Positions 19,720 to 32,000 are shown, numbered from the stretch's first letter. The stretch is 64,000 nt of DNA from Mantamonas sphyraenae STR306 (GCA_026936335.1 JAPMXV010000044.1:496001-560000), one strand, 5' to 3'. Notes: a model not told the origin generated them from the letters alone. Made by a program: numbers and translations.

Positions 19720-22700
19720 TCACCCAAACGTCGTCGATGCACCCACCACACTCAATGTACCGCGTCTTCCGCGTCGCCCGGCCCCCACCACACTTCCTGG
19801 GCTCATGTTTCCGACGCTGCCCACCGTCTGCGTGCCCACACTAGTCTTGTCTTTGCCCAACGAGCTTTGCTGCGCTTCCAGCGCATATACCATCTCCCGC
19901 TGAGCCTGCACCTCTTCCTCCAACTCTGCCATACGGTCGCGTACACGCGCCATCTCGCCCACGTGTTCAACCTCCAGCCGCTTCCGCTCTTCCACCAACG
20001 CTTGTTCCGCCACCATCGCCCGCTCTTCAAGAGCACGTACCTTGGCCGCTGCTGCTTCCAAATGCCCCTGCTGTCTCGTGATCCGTTCGTTCAGCATGTC
20101 GATCTTTTTCACCGCCTGCGCGTTCCGAGATCGTAGATGCTCTGCTTGCCAACTGCTTGCACGCATCTCTCCAGACGCCCCTTCCCCTTCCGGGGTGCTC
20201 ACTCCACCCTCACTGCTTCCCGCCCCTTCTTTGTCCTCAGATCCCAGCCCGGCTTTTTGGCTCATTGCCAGCAGCTTGTCCGACGCGCTGTTGCTTTCCA
20301 CGCTCAGGATCTTGGTTTTGATCTCGGGGAATGTGCGCAGCGCCAAACTGCTCGGCAGTAACTCGATCAACCTCTCAGGCGTGTCGATGCCCTTCAAAAG
20401 CGCCTGGCCACAATCCCTCCACGCTGGGTTTCCCAGTTCCCAAAGATTGTGCTTGATTTCCTGCCATGCAGATCCACTCACAAGGATCTGCCCACCGTGC
20501 GCCAAGCCAGATACACGCGCACTCTTGTTTACCATCTTGCCAAAGTAGTCCATGCGATTCGTCAGCGGATCGCGTCGACACTGCGGGTCACCGCTGTGGA
20601 TACCCATGCGCACGCGCAGGCCACGGAAAAGAAGCACTCGCGACGTGCCCTCCTCTTGGTACTGCACACACGAGTTTGGGTGCTCGTACAGCTCATCCGG
20701 CCAGTTGCAAACCAGCAGCGCTTCCTGCACTCCCAGGCAAAATCGTGCCGCTGCCATCGGATTGTGGAACGCCACCATGAACGCGTCTCCTTCCGTCTTC
20801 ACCTCGTACCCGTTTTCCATTTCAATTCGCTCTCGAAACAGGCTGTTGTGCATGTTCAGCGACTTGCTCATGATCTCTGGGAACCGCTCCCACTGCGTCG
20901 TCGACCCTTCGATGTCCGTAAACACAAGCGTCACGTTGCCCTCGGGTGCCCCTTCTGCGTTGCTCGCCTTGATTTTCTTCACCCGCGCCAGCACTTCCTT
21001 CCACCTCGTGCTCTGCATCGAGCTTGGCACACGCTCCGTTGCAGACGACGAGCTTTTGCGCATCTCCGCCGCCTTCATCATCTGCTTGCGATTCATCACC
21101 GACCCACGCCTCATGCGCTGCTGGCTTTCTTCAAGGTTGCGCCCGTCGTCCCCACCCAGCATCAAGCCCATTCGCCTTTGATTTCCCAACAAGTGGGTTG
21201 CGATCGAGCCCGTTCGTGACCGCCCCACACTCCGCTTTCCCATGGCTGCCAGCACAACGTCTCCCATGCCTGCCGATCCCTCTGCCCTTTGGATCCAATC
21301 ACCACCACCTGCAGGGCTGATGCTCCCACGCAGCATCGGCGATCGCGACCCTGTGCTCAACCGCGCCTCTTGTCTCTCTTCCACATCGGCCGGCTGTAGG
21401 AGTTTCACACGCTCTTTCGCCATTGCCAGCACTTCACCCACCCTGTTCCATCTACCCTCGGCCCCACCATCCGAGCCCGCCACGGATCCGGTCTCTGTGG
21501 GCATTGGCGTTGCGCTACTGCTGGCTCCAGGAGTCAGCTCTTCGATTTGCTCCAGCATCCGATACACCTGCATCACCTCATCGCTGCGCTTCCGCTCTAT
21601 CGAGCTGCTCCGATTGATTTGGATCGATATCTCGCTGTTGCCCAACTCCTCATCGTCCAAAGAGACGTCTTCCCCAAGCCCCATAGGCCCCAGCTGCTCC
21701 ATAGGGCTCGGGTCTGACGCAAAGGCAACACGCTCTTCCACGAACCGGTTCATCCCAACCCTACTAGCTTCGATTTCTTCGCTCGTACGCCGGATCTGTC
21801 GTGTCAACGCCTCTTGGCCTCCCTGGCGTTCGCTAAACCGTGCCAGGTACTTGACTCGTTCGTTGAGTTTGTCCAGTTCCATATTGAAGTGCTCTTGCAC
21901 CTCCAGCGCCCATGCTTCGTTCACTGAGCTCCGTCTGCTCCGGGGATCGTCGCCGCTATTGATACCGCTCTCCCCGTGCGTCTCGTTCTCCGTCTGTGTT
22001 TCTGCCTCGGCCGTCTCCACTTTGGCTCGTGGGTCACTTCGCTGCGACCCCGATGCGCTCGACGACGACCAATTCGATGATGAGGCTGCAGAGGACGACG
22101 ATGACCCTTCCCAGCGCACGCTCTCCTGGCCATCGTCCCCCATGATCTTCTCGTCCTGCTCCAGACCCGAATACGTGGCCACATACGTTTGCACACCGAT
22201 TTCCCCAGTTTCCTTTCGATCATCGTCTGCAAAGTCGGTTTGCACCCCGATGTCAAACGTGGTGTACTTCAGCGCCATCATGCCCTCGATTTCATACTCC
22301 TGACGCAACTCGTAGATTTCCTTCTCCGCAGAGCGTAGCCATCGCCGCAGGTGCTGTTTCAAGTCCAGATGGCTGCTATAAAACAACGACAGCAGTTCAC
22401 CCAGCTGTACATACTGCTCGTCCGGCAGGTTGCTCAAATGGTACTCGAAATCTGTTCCCAAGTCGTCCGCTCCCCGCTTCTGGTGCACCATGTGGATGCC
22501 TCCCGAGTCGGATGTATGCCCACTGCGGGCACTGAAAAGCCTCCCTGTCCCGGTGCTCCTGCTCGTCCGTGCAGTTCCTCCCTGTGACCGTGCACTCTCA
22601 GCGCCCGCTGCCGACCCGTGGCCACTTTTGCTCGCAAACAGCCTCAGGCGCTCCATGTGCGCATCGCCACTCCCCTCTCGATTGCTCATAGGTCCCGCGA

Positions 22701-23853
22701 CTCCGCTATCCAATTGGCCCAACGTCAGGTTGGGCCCGACTCCTTCTCCCCCTCGCAGCCGAGGGTCCCCATCCCCACCACTCCCTTCCCCCCTGGTGCC
22801 ATCGCCTTTGTTTTCCTGTCCCAACATATCTTGCAACGAGTCGACCATCTCCTGTGACGCCTTGAAGGCGTGGCGAAACAACCCGGCTGCGTCTGAACGT
22901 TGCTCAAGTTCCGCCAGAATCGAGGCCATGTCTGCGTCCACCAAGTCTCGCTTGAACTCGAACCTATCCTCTTGCTCATCCACATGTTCATCGTTGTACG
23001 TCAGGTACGGAAACGACTCGTCGAGCACCTCGGCCACGCTGAACCGATCGCCGTCGAGAATGAACACCACCAACCGAAACAACTGCGTGAGATCATGGTA
23101 GATGTGAAGCATGAGCTGGCCTCGCTCTGCACATTGAGTCCAAACTTGTCGCGCCAGTTCGTGATACGTCCAGCTAAGCACTCGCTGGGCTTCGCAGATG
23201 AAGTCAAAGACGTCTGCGCTACGTTTCGCGCGCAAACGCATTAGCTTCTCGCTCCAAGCGCGCAGGAACACGGCCTGCTTGCGTGTGAACGGTTTGCTGA
23301 CGGGGAATTGCCTCCTACGCCACACCCTGCGGTCCTCCACGTGCAGGGTGTCTTCGTCTGCGCGGGCCTCCATTTCCGGCAGTTCGAGCTGTGCCTCCTC
23401 CTCCTTGTCCATGGTGGACCACGCCATGGAGCCTTCTTCGGCCATTTGCACATTGACACTCTGGTAGGACTTGGGCACGATGCTTTCGGGTACCAGGGGC
23501 AAGAACTCGGCTTGCCCCTCGGACGAGCGCAACGGCGCGTTCTGCACCAGAAACTCCTCGTCCACGGCCTTGGCCAACGAACGCACCCCCGAGTACACTT
23601 GTTTTCTCTCGCTGTTAGTGATTCCACCTGTGTGTGCTGTATTGTGCGCGCCGTACGTCGCTCTCTTGCTTGCTTTTGAACGCGTTGGTCTTCCGCGTAA
23701 CACCTTGAGCTTGCCCTTGCCCTTGCCCTGGCCCTGGCCCTTGCTCCGAGCATGTTTTTGCTCAATAGCTTCGATTTGGCTGACCAACTCGTCAAAGTCC
23801 ATCGGAGGCGGAACGGGAGGTCGAGGGGGGGCGGTTTGGCCGAGGCTGCGCAT
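19720..23853 (-). CDS. Soluble adenylyl cyclase (fungal Cyr1/trypanosomal-like class III catalytic domain) with an N-terminal axonemal dynein light chain (p28/AXDND1-like) domain and coiled coils
   Basis: Catalytic domain (~20950-20340): APEGNVTLVFTDIEGST, YEVKTEGDAFM, GLRVRMGIHSG, MDYFGKMVNKSARVS, with both metal Asp, the substrate Lys/Asp and the Asn/Arg pair present. N-terminal segment (~23300-23060): PFTRKQAVFLRAW...YHELARQVWTQCAERGQLMLHI. No TM or signal peptide. First ATG in frame is at 23853. Confidence 0.88.
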   Translation of the reverse strand: MRSLGQTAPPRPPVPPPMDFDELVSQIEAIEQKHARSKGQGQGKGKGKLKVLRGRPTRSKASKRATYGAHNTAHTGGITNSERKQVYSGVRSLAKAVDEEFLVQNAPLRSSEGQAEFLPLVPESIVPKSYQSVNVQMAEEGSMAWSTMDKEEEAQLELPEMEARADEDTLHVEDRRVWRRRQFPVSKPFTRKQAVFLRAWSEKLMRLRAKRSADVFDFICEAQRVLSWTYHELARQVWTQCAERGQLMLHIYHDLTQLFRLVVFILDGDRFSVAEVLDESFPYLTYNDEHVDEQEDRFEFKRDLVDADMASILAELEQRSDAAGLFRHAFKASQEMVDSLQDMLGQENKGDGTRGEGSGGDGDPRLRGGEGVGPNLTLGQLDSGVAGPMSNREGSGDAHMERLRLFASKSGHGSAAGAESARSQGGTARTSRSTGTGRLFSARSGHTSDSGGIHMVHQKRGADDLGTDFEYHLSNLPDEQYVQLGELLSLFYSSHLDLKQHLRRWLRSAEKEIYELRQEYEIEGMMALKYTTFDIGVQTDFADDDRKETGEIGVQTYVATYSGLEQDEKIMGDDGQESVRWEGSSSSSAASSSNWSSSSASGSQRSDPRAKVETAEAETQTENETHGESGINSGDDPRSRRSSVNEAWALEVQEHFNMELDKLNERVKYLARFSERQGGQEALTRQIRRTSEEIEASRVGMNRFVEERVAFASDPSPMEQLGPMGLGEDVSLDDEELGNSEISIQINRSSSIERKRSDEVMQVYRMLEQIEELTPGASSSATPMPTETGSVAGSDGGAEGRWNRVGEVLAMAKERVKLLQPADVEERQEARLSTGSRSPMLRGSISPAGGGDWIQRAEGSAGMGDVVLAAMGKRSVGRSRTGSIATHLLGNQRRMGLMLGGDDGRNLEESQQRMRRGSVMNRKQMMKAAEMRKSSSSATERVPSSMQSTRWKEVLARVKKIKASNAEGAPEGNVTLVFTDIEGSTTQWERFPEIMSKSLNMHNSLFRERIEMENGYEVKTEGDAFMVAFHNPMAAARFCLGVQEALLVCNWPDELYEHPNSCVQYQEEGTSRVLLFRGLRVRMGIHSGDPQCRRDPLTNRMDYFGKMVNKSARVSGLAHGGQILVSGSAWQEIKHNLWELGNPAWRDCGQALLKGIDTPERLIELLPSSLALRTFPEIKTKILSVESNSASDKLLAMSQKAGLGSEDKEGAGSSEGGVSTPEGEGASGEMRASSWQAEHLRSRNAQAVKKIDMLNERITRQQGHLEAAAAKVRALEERAMVAEQALVEERKRLEVEHVGEMARVRDRMAELEEEVQAQREMVYALEAQQSSLGKDKTSVGTQTVGSVGNMSPGSVVGAGRRGRRGTLSVVGASTTFG

Positions 23854-23973
23854 GTGCGCGTGCACGGTGCTTCAGGATGTTCTGCCCCACGGCATGCCAC
23901 ACACAGCGATCCTTGGTTGCTGAATGTGCATTGTGAACGTTTTCGCAACACATCCACTTCGCAGACCTGAACT

Positions 23974-25913
23974 TCATTCTTTGTCGGTCGAGGCAAACGA
24001 TCCGTCGTCGTCGTCTCCGTCTCCCATTGCATCATCTGAGGGGTCTCGACGACTACCAAACGCCTTGCGAGGGGTGCTGGCCACCATATTGTGCTTCCGG
24101 TTGCGGAGGATGGCCGGCGGGGGGGTGGCGATATTTTCGATCCACGATTCGGTGTCCCATCGTCGCATGCCCACCCGTCCCGGCGCTTCCCGCTCATCCA
24201 TACGCTCATCCAGCCCAGCCAGCAGCCCTGGTGTGAGAGATACGGGCGATCGGTGCGACCTGGCCAGGTCATCGTTTTCGCTGCCGGTGGACGAATATTC
24301 CTCTTCCAACTCGTCGCCACTTTCGTCACTCCACGAGTCTCGGGATGTGGCACTATGATGCGAGTGTGTCTGTGAGGTTGCTCCGTCGTCTGACGCGTAA
24401 CTCAAGTCGGCCAGCGGACGCATTGCTTGCACGTACTCGTCAGCGTCGATGGTGACGCGTGAATTGGACATGTTACCTTGTGAAGATGAGCTTTTCCATG
24501 ACTTGAGGGCTCCAAACACCTCGTCATTCGTTAGGATGCGGTCTGTCGGCGTGGAGCGGGTAGCTTGGGCTCGCGATCCGCGCGGCGTCCCCGTTCCGTA
24601 GAATCCTGTGCGCGGACGCGCCGTTGGTTGTGTACTTGGTAAGTCAGGTCGTGTGGGTGTGGATGATGACGATGACGAGGAGGAGGAGGAGGAGGAGGAT
24701 GAGGTGGTGGTGGTGGGGGCGGAGGATCCAAATGGGGCCAAGCGAGTTGCTGGCGGGCGGTAGGCACGGCCAGGCTCTTGAGGACGCACGCCAGGCGCAT
24801 GGTTGGGTGCCTGAGCGCGTTCGGGTTGTGCCCGGAAGCCATACGCGCGGAAAGGTCGGGGATCTTCCCGAGCGTCCTGGGCAAACCACAGGCGGACAAG
24901 GCCCAACAGAATCAGCAGAGACATTAGTGAGGCCATGGCATAGGTTCCAAGCACAAAACCAGACACTTTCCAGTGGTATGCGAGGTATGAGAGTCCACGC
25001 AACTGGGCGTGGAAGCGAAGCGACGCAGAGTACACGTGAAGCGAGGGCTTGCTAAGCATAACTGTGGCACGAACAAAGTTCATGTCACGAACATCAACAA
25101 AATCTTCGATCATGGGCACCGTGAGAGCGTGCTGCTCGTGCCACCAGCCCAGAAACACAAGCGGCGCAAAGAACACCGTACGCATGAGCTGCTGCAAGCT
25201 TGAGCGGTACTCCAGAAACGCGGGCCTGCTCGTGTTGAACATCACCTCGCCGTTGAGTGTCTGCAGCACCAGGTTAATCATAAATATGCCTGTTGGGGAC
25301 GCGTGTCAGTTCCAAAAAATCCGTCCGCACGCTGGGCAGCACGTAGCGGCGACATGCACCGCATGGTGGTCGAGCCTTGCACGCCATCGCACTGTTCATA
25401 GCTGGGCATCTGCGCTGGATTGCCACCTCCATGACCTCTTTGTGCTCTCACCTTGGTCGCGGTTGTGCTGGGAATCCGGCAGACGCAGAAAGACGGACAC
25501 GTCATAGCCTTGACCCTGGGCTAGGACACGTGGCCGCAACGGCTGGCAATCCTGACGGTAGGCCTCTTCAAAGCGGCACGGGGGAAACGACGCCGTAGCG
25601 ACCGGCCTGCGCGTTTCTCTGTGAAGCAATCGCGTGTGAGCAATGTGGGAGACAATGAGAGGCGGGAAAATGCCAGGGCGGGCCGGCACACCTACTGCGG
25701 GTCGAAATCAAAGTACAGAGGCTTCTCGTGCAGCATGGCAGGCATCATAAGGTTGTACAGGATGACGTAGAGGAACATGGAGGCCACCCAGGCCATCGCC
25801 GAGAGTCCAATGAAGAGCACAGCACGCTGCACCCAGCGGTTGCTGGCGACTGCATAAAGCCAGGTGGCTACAAGGGCCGCCACATTGGCCAGTTGTTGCT
25901 GAGCCTGATGCAT
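23974..25913 (-). CDS. BSCL2: Seipin (lipid droplet biogenesis); 3 exons, ~25913-25696, ~25607-25452, 25289-23974
   Basis: TM1 then YNLMMP...KPLYFDF, GQGYDVSVFLRLPDSQHNRDQGIFM, SRPAFLEYRSSL, HVYSASLRFHAQLRGLSYLAYHW and TM2, followed by a disordered C-terminal tail. Confidence 0.92.
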
Positions 25914-26075
25914 GGGACGCTCGCAGCTTCTCGGGGCTTCGCTTGGGCCGTTGTTGGTTGCCTTGGAGGAGCAAACACAAACTTTTCAAACACTTCTCAA
26001 GCCGGCAATCTTCTGTCCGACTTTCAAACGCACTTGGAACCGAGAATCAGACACATCGCCCTACACAGAACAACC
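25914..26075. promoter_or_regulatory. Putative short bidirectional promoter (seipin / giant adhesin)
   Basis: 162 bp between divergent ATGs. Inferred from geometry only. Confidence 0.45.
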
Positions 26076-29000
26076 ATGCTACGTGCACGTGTTCCGGGCG
26101 TCTACGCTTTGATTCTTCTCTGCGTTTGCACATTTCTCAGTTCGCCAGCCTCTGCGGCCATCGCAGACTGCCAGGGTAAGCATTGGTGCACTTTGCCTCA
26201 CTCGCTGTTTGCCACGCTCTCCTCTCCACCTCTCTCCGTGGCCATCACGCCACTGCGCTGCCCTCTGAGCCCCCCAGTTTGCCTCCCACCCAGTTTTCCT
26301 TTGGAGCCTGGACCTTTTCCGCATCGGGTGAGTTCCAGCCCGCGTGTTTATCCGGCCCCTCACACCCTGTCTCCACAGCTGGCCAAACCAGTTTCACATT
26401 CACAGGCAGTGCTTGGATGTGCAGTGAAGATGTCAACACTGCCGGCTCGGCCGTCTCCCAGTGGAACGACGTCACGGGCCGTGGAAACGACGCTTCTGCG
26501 AGCGGCAACGCGCGTCCCACCCTTGAGAACAACATCGAGTACAACGAGCGCTTCCGTGACGGCATCAAGTTTGACGGTGTCAACGACTGCTTTGAAATCA
26601 CCAAAGATCCCAACGACGACTTTAACGACGATTTCAACCCATACACAGCAAAGACGGTGGTCATTGCCTTCAAGACGGGCGGCGACCCGGCGGCCCGCCA
26701 GGTTCTTTTTGAACAGGGCGGCGGTACGCGAGGCTTCATCGTCTATATCCTTGCTAACCGTCTTTGGGTCTCTGCGTACAACCTCGACAACGCCCAAGTG
26801 TACTGGGGCGTCAGCTATGTCCAGGACGACCTGTACGCAAACCAGACGAAATACTTTGGCCTGTACCCAAATCAGTACAACCACCTCACCGTGTGGTACA
26901 AGGCCCAAGGCGCCGACGCAGGCCTCGAGCTCTATGTCAACGGCGTCTTCATGGGCAAGAACACAAATGTGGAGCGCCTTTGGACTCACTCTGGCGACGT
27001 CCGCCTTGGATGCTCCGACACAGGCATGCGCTACCACGACGGTAACGGCCACAATGGCTACTTCGGGGGGCATCTCGCAGAGTTTATGTACTGGAACAAC
27101 GTCGCTCTGGACAACACCACCTCGCTCCCTTACGTCTGGACCTTCCTCGACCAGAAATACGGGCCTCACAATTACACCGATGCAGACCGTCAGTTAGCCG
27201 CCCGTTTTTTTTTTCCACGACTCCGGACGCCCTTTCCCCACATCCCCGCACTCCCCGCGTTCTCCTCCTGCCCTGAGTCCAACGAACTGCACCGTGCACT
27301 CTGCGCATGCCATCCTGCCCTCGCTGCTGCTGGATGCACCGGCCAGCGTCACCGTATGAGGCATACCTCAGGTTGGCCTGCGCGGCCGCCGTTTCAGCGT
27401 TTTGGCACCTCGGCTGACACGCACCGCAAAACCACCTCCCGGGTCCCTTCTGCACTCTTCACACAGGTTGCCCCGGGTTCCCCGTAAACCCATGTAGCGG
27501 CCCCACGCACGGCACGTGCTTGCAAAACGCAAACGGCACGCGATACTGCCAGTGCGAGGCAGAATGGATCGGAACCGCCTGCGAGCTTTACAACGGCGAG
27601 CGCAACTTTTGCTACGAAGTCCTGTGGGACCTGGCCAACCCCAACGGGCCCCGCCAGCGCAATTTCAAACCCGTCACTCACTTTCCGGCCGGCCATCCCG
27701 CCGTGTCCAACTGTGGGGGCATTCCGCCCGACGTCAACGGCAACTTCCGCATCCCCAGCACAGGCTTCCACCCCGACGGCTGTGTGCCCAACACTCCCGG
27801 CGCAGCCATCTTTTATTCCTACGACTACCCGGCCTCGTTTTCCGAAAACACAGGCCTCGCCACCGCAGAGTATGCCAACCTCATCATCACCGTGGACGAA
27901 ACTTACAACAGCTCCGTGTTGTGGATCCTCGACAAGAACGGCAATTCCGACGGTGGCCGCGTCGAGGTCTTTCTGGACTCCAAGGTCGTCGGTGGAACCG
28001 GTGTCCAGGTGCTCACCAAAGATGACCCGGCCGCAGACAACACCGTTTCCTGCGTCGGTGCAGGCAACGATTGCTACTTCTGGAACACAAACACGGGTGT
28101 CGGTGACTTTTACTTCCGTTGGGCATCCTGCTGTTCCGATGGTGTTGCTCTTGGCACCATGCCGCGCGAAGTCGACATGAACTACCGCATGAACGTCATT
28201 GCGGGCCTCACCAACTTCCGCATGGCCGAGTTTGACGAGTCCTCCGGTCAGGTGACCTTCTTTGACATCCCGCTCAGCGAGGCTGCAAAGGGCATCCGCA
28301 TCAAGGACCGCACTTGCGAAGCGCAAACCAGCGCCTATTGCGGTCAGTACAAATTCTGCGGCGACTGCACGGCCGACCCGCTGTGTGGTTGGTGCAACGA
28401 AGACCTGCGTTGCCTTGGCAAGGACTTTGCCTCCCTTTGCGTCGGCTCCAAGTTTCCTGTGCCCTTCAGCCTTGAGTGCTGCGGTCAGTGCAGCGACCTG
28501 TGCAACTGTGGCGATTGTGTCGCACGCGAGGGATGTGGCTGGTGCCACGACACGGGCAAATGTCTGTCCGGCTCTCAAGACAAGCCCTGCACAAACTGCA
28601 CCTACTTTGCCACGGACAACTGCGAGACCTGCGGCGGCCCGCTCGACGAGAACCAGCAGCCCGTCGCCTTTGTCGGCGTCAACAACCTCAAGCACATCAG
28701 CTACTGTTCCAACAACGGCACCTGTGACTTTGCTGGCACTCGTAAGTGCACATGCATCCCCACCAAGTGGGGCGACGGTTGCCAGAACGAGTGCAAGGCC
28801 CAGGTCGACGTTGGCGGAGGCGTCATCAAGCCCTGCTCGGGCCACGGTTCCTGCGTCCAGGACGACGGCTCCTGTCGCTGCGACTGTGGCTGGATTGGTG
28901 ACACGTGCAACGTCACTGCTCCGGCCCCGTGTGGTTTGGACACAAACAACGACTGCGTCACAGGCCTCACCGACGGCTCCTGCAACATCACGTGCGGCAA

Positions 29001-32000
29001 GTGCCCTGGCGGAGGTGTCAACTGCCAGCCCACAGGCTACCTCGCCTACAACGGCACCAGCAACAGCACAGAGTGCCGCTGCGTCGAGGGCTGGCGTGGT
29101 CCGTACTGCAACATTTCGTGCCCGGGCATTGACCCGCTCACGGGCGCCGGCACAGCCTGCAACGGCAACGGCACATGCAACGCACTCGGACAGTGCGAGT
29201 GCACACAGTGTTATGAGAACGCAGCAGGGCCCTACAGCACCTGCGTGGAGAAAGGCTGTCCCGCCGGTTGCCCGTCCTCGCAACTGGGTCAGTGCCATTG
29301 CGGCACCTGCTCGTGCCCAGGCCAGTGGAGCGGAGACGATTGTACAACATGTCTCTGTCAGAACGGCGCCATTTGCCACAGCATTCACGGTGAATGCGAA
29401 GACCCGTCCAACGGCAACCCGTGTCTGCCAGGGTTTGCTGGCCTCAAGTGCGAGTACAACTGCTCCCGCGACGGCTTTTGCAACGGCCACGGTGAGTGCA
29501 ACCCAGAGAGTCTGTCTTGCACGTGTGACGAAGGCTGGGTCGGCCCCATCACAAGCCAGTGCAGCCTGGCGTGCAACGCAACCGTAAACTGCAGCGGCAA
29601 CGGCCAGTGCCTGGAGGACGCCTCTTGCTTCTGCAACTTTGGATTCGTCGGCAAGCGCTGCGAGACTCAGTGTGTCAAGGACATCGACGACTGCAACTGC
29701 TACCCGCAGCTCAGCAACGTCTACGTGAGCACCAGCGAGGACGTCGTCACGCCCCTTGTTGTGGACATCACCTCGGCCGCCTTTGACGCAGACTCGGCTA
29801 TCAATTGGTTGGCCTTCGACCTCACCTCTTTGCCCGCCAACGGCACGGTCACGTTTATCGACCGCCCGTCCGGTCGCTTCGGATACCAGCCCAACCCGAA
29901 CTACTTTGGCAACGACACGGTGGGCATCAAGATTTGCGATGTCGAGGGCTTGTGTGCGTCGGCAACCGTTCAGATCCTCGTCGAGTCTGTGAACGATCCT
30001 CCCGTCGCCCTCATCGAGTCCTTTGAGGCCGAGGCTGATGTGTGGAGCTACAGCAAGATGAACGCAACCGACATCGAGGGCGACTCGCTGACGTACTACA
30101 TTCAAACTCCGCCCGCCCTCGGTGTGGTGGAGATCCTCAACAACAAGACTGGCGAGTTTCGGTACAAGCCCTACCCGCTGGTGAACGGCACCGACTCGTT
30201 TACGTTTTACGTCATTGACGACGGCGTGCCGCCCGAGCGATCAAACAACGGCAGCGTGTTCACTCTCATCAACGTGGTCAACCAGGGCCCCACCGCTCAG
30301 AACATGTCTTTTGTGACTGCAGAGGACACCCCTTTGCTCGGTGCCCTGCTTGCCTCGGACCCAGAGTCGCATCCGCTCTTCTTTGAAATCGTCAGCCAGG
30401 GCTCGCTGGGCACGGTCAGCATCCTCAACGTGGCCAACGGCGCCTTCCAGTACGCACCGGACGCCAACGCGTTTGGCACGGATGTGTTTGCCTACCGCGT
30501 GCGCGATGTCTTTTCCGCGTACAGCAACGTCAGCTACGTCACCATGACCATCACGCCCGTCAACGACCTGCCCGTTGTGCTTGGCAACAGCACGTTTGTC
30601 ACGCGTGAGGACACAGAGTACATGGGTGTGCTTAACGCCACGGACGTGGAGACTCCCTTGGCCCTGCAGTTCAACGTGACCAAGCAGGGTGTGCTTGGCA
30701 CGGTGCAGTTCCTGAACAGCACAGGCGGCCTCTACCGCTACACTCCCTTCCTCAACGTGCACGGCGTCGACCGCTTCGAGTTTGAAGTCATCGACCCGGC
30801 CTCCGGGCGCTCGGTCGAGCACGCCTTTGTCAACGTGACCATCCTGGCCGTAAACGACGCCCCCGTGCTGACCACGGCCGTCGCGTCTTTGTCTGCCGTC
30901 AGTGAGGACGCAGACCTGACCCTTGCCGCCGTCAGCGTGAGCGACGTGGACGTCGACGCGCAGGACCTTCGTGTAAACGTCAGCGCAGGCGTCCTGGGCA
31001 ACGTGTGGCTTTCCAGCACCGCCGGCGTGACGCTGTCTGTGGGCAGTGGATCCAACGACCGTGAAACCGTCTTCCAAGGCAACCTGACGTCTGTCAACGC
31101 AGCCTTGGCTCAGATTGTGTTTCGCGCACCGCTGCACGCTTCCGGCAGCACGGAGGTGTGCGTACAGGTGGAAGACCTCGGCCATTCGGGCTTGATGCCG
31201 CTCAGCGCGACGTCCGCCTCGCTGTCAGACGTCGTGTGCACCACCATCACCGTGGGCGCGGTCAACGACGGCCCCAGCGTCACCATGGGCAACGCCACCG
31301 CCGCTGTTTCTGAGGACACTCAATTGACCATTAGCGGCATGAGTGTGTCGGACATCGACGTCGACGTGAACACGCTGCGTGTGAACCTCACCGTGAGCCA
31401 GGGATCGCTGTGGCTGGCTGCAGGCACTGCCGGCCTCACCTTTACCACGGGTGACGGAATCGACGACGCGTTCATGGCTTTCAGCGGCAGCAGGACACAG
31501 GTCAACGCGGCGCTGAGCAAGGTGGTGTACCAGGGCGCGTTGCATTACTTTGGCAACGACACACTGGTGCTCGGAGTCGACGACGCAGGCAACGTGGGCA
31601 CTGGCGGCGTGCTGAGCGCATCGGGCAGCCTTGAGCTCACGGTGGACAGTGTGAACGATGCCCCCGTGCTCAGCCCCATCAGCGCACAAACGGTGAACGA
31701 GGACACAGACTTGACGATCGGCGGCCTCAGCGCAAGCGATGTTGACGTGGCTGCCGCAAACTTGAGCTTGAGCCTGTCTGTGGACGTGGGTACGCTGTAC
31801 GTCGCTGGAACTTCTGCCGTGTCGCCCATCGTTGGCAGCTTGACTGCCATCAATGCAGCGCTGGCAAGCGTGGTGTATCGTGCGCCCGTGCAGTTCAACG
31901 GTGTGGACACCCTTCGCTTGGTCGTGTCCGACTTGGGCAACGCGGGCTTCGGCGGAGTGCTCACCGACGCGGCCAACGTCTCCATCGTGGTGTACAGCAT

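Noticed and set aside
625-23853. A Ras-cAMP signalling gene cluster (RasGEF, P2X, pseudo-cyclase, Rab21, adenylyl cyclase)
   Set aside because: Interspersed with housekeeping genes (NDUFA7-like, PSMA1). The cyclase lacks Ras-association/LRR domains, and these families are large in protists, so chance proximity suffices without synteny data.
26294-26327. Possible extra micro-exon (AG...GTGAGT) in intron 1 of the giant gene
   Set aside because: Including it breaks the reading frame with either nearby acceptor, whereas direct 26175-to-26379 splicing is in frame.
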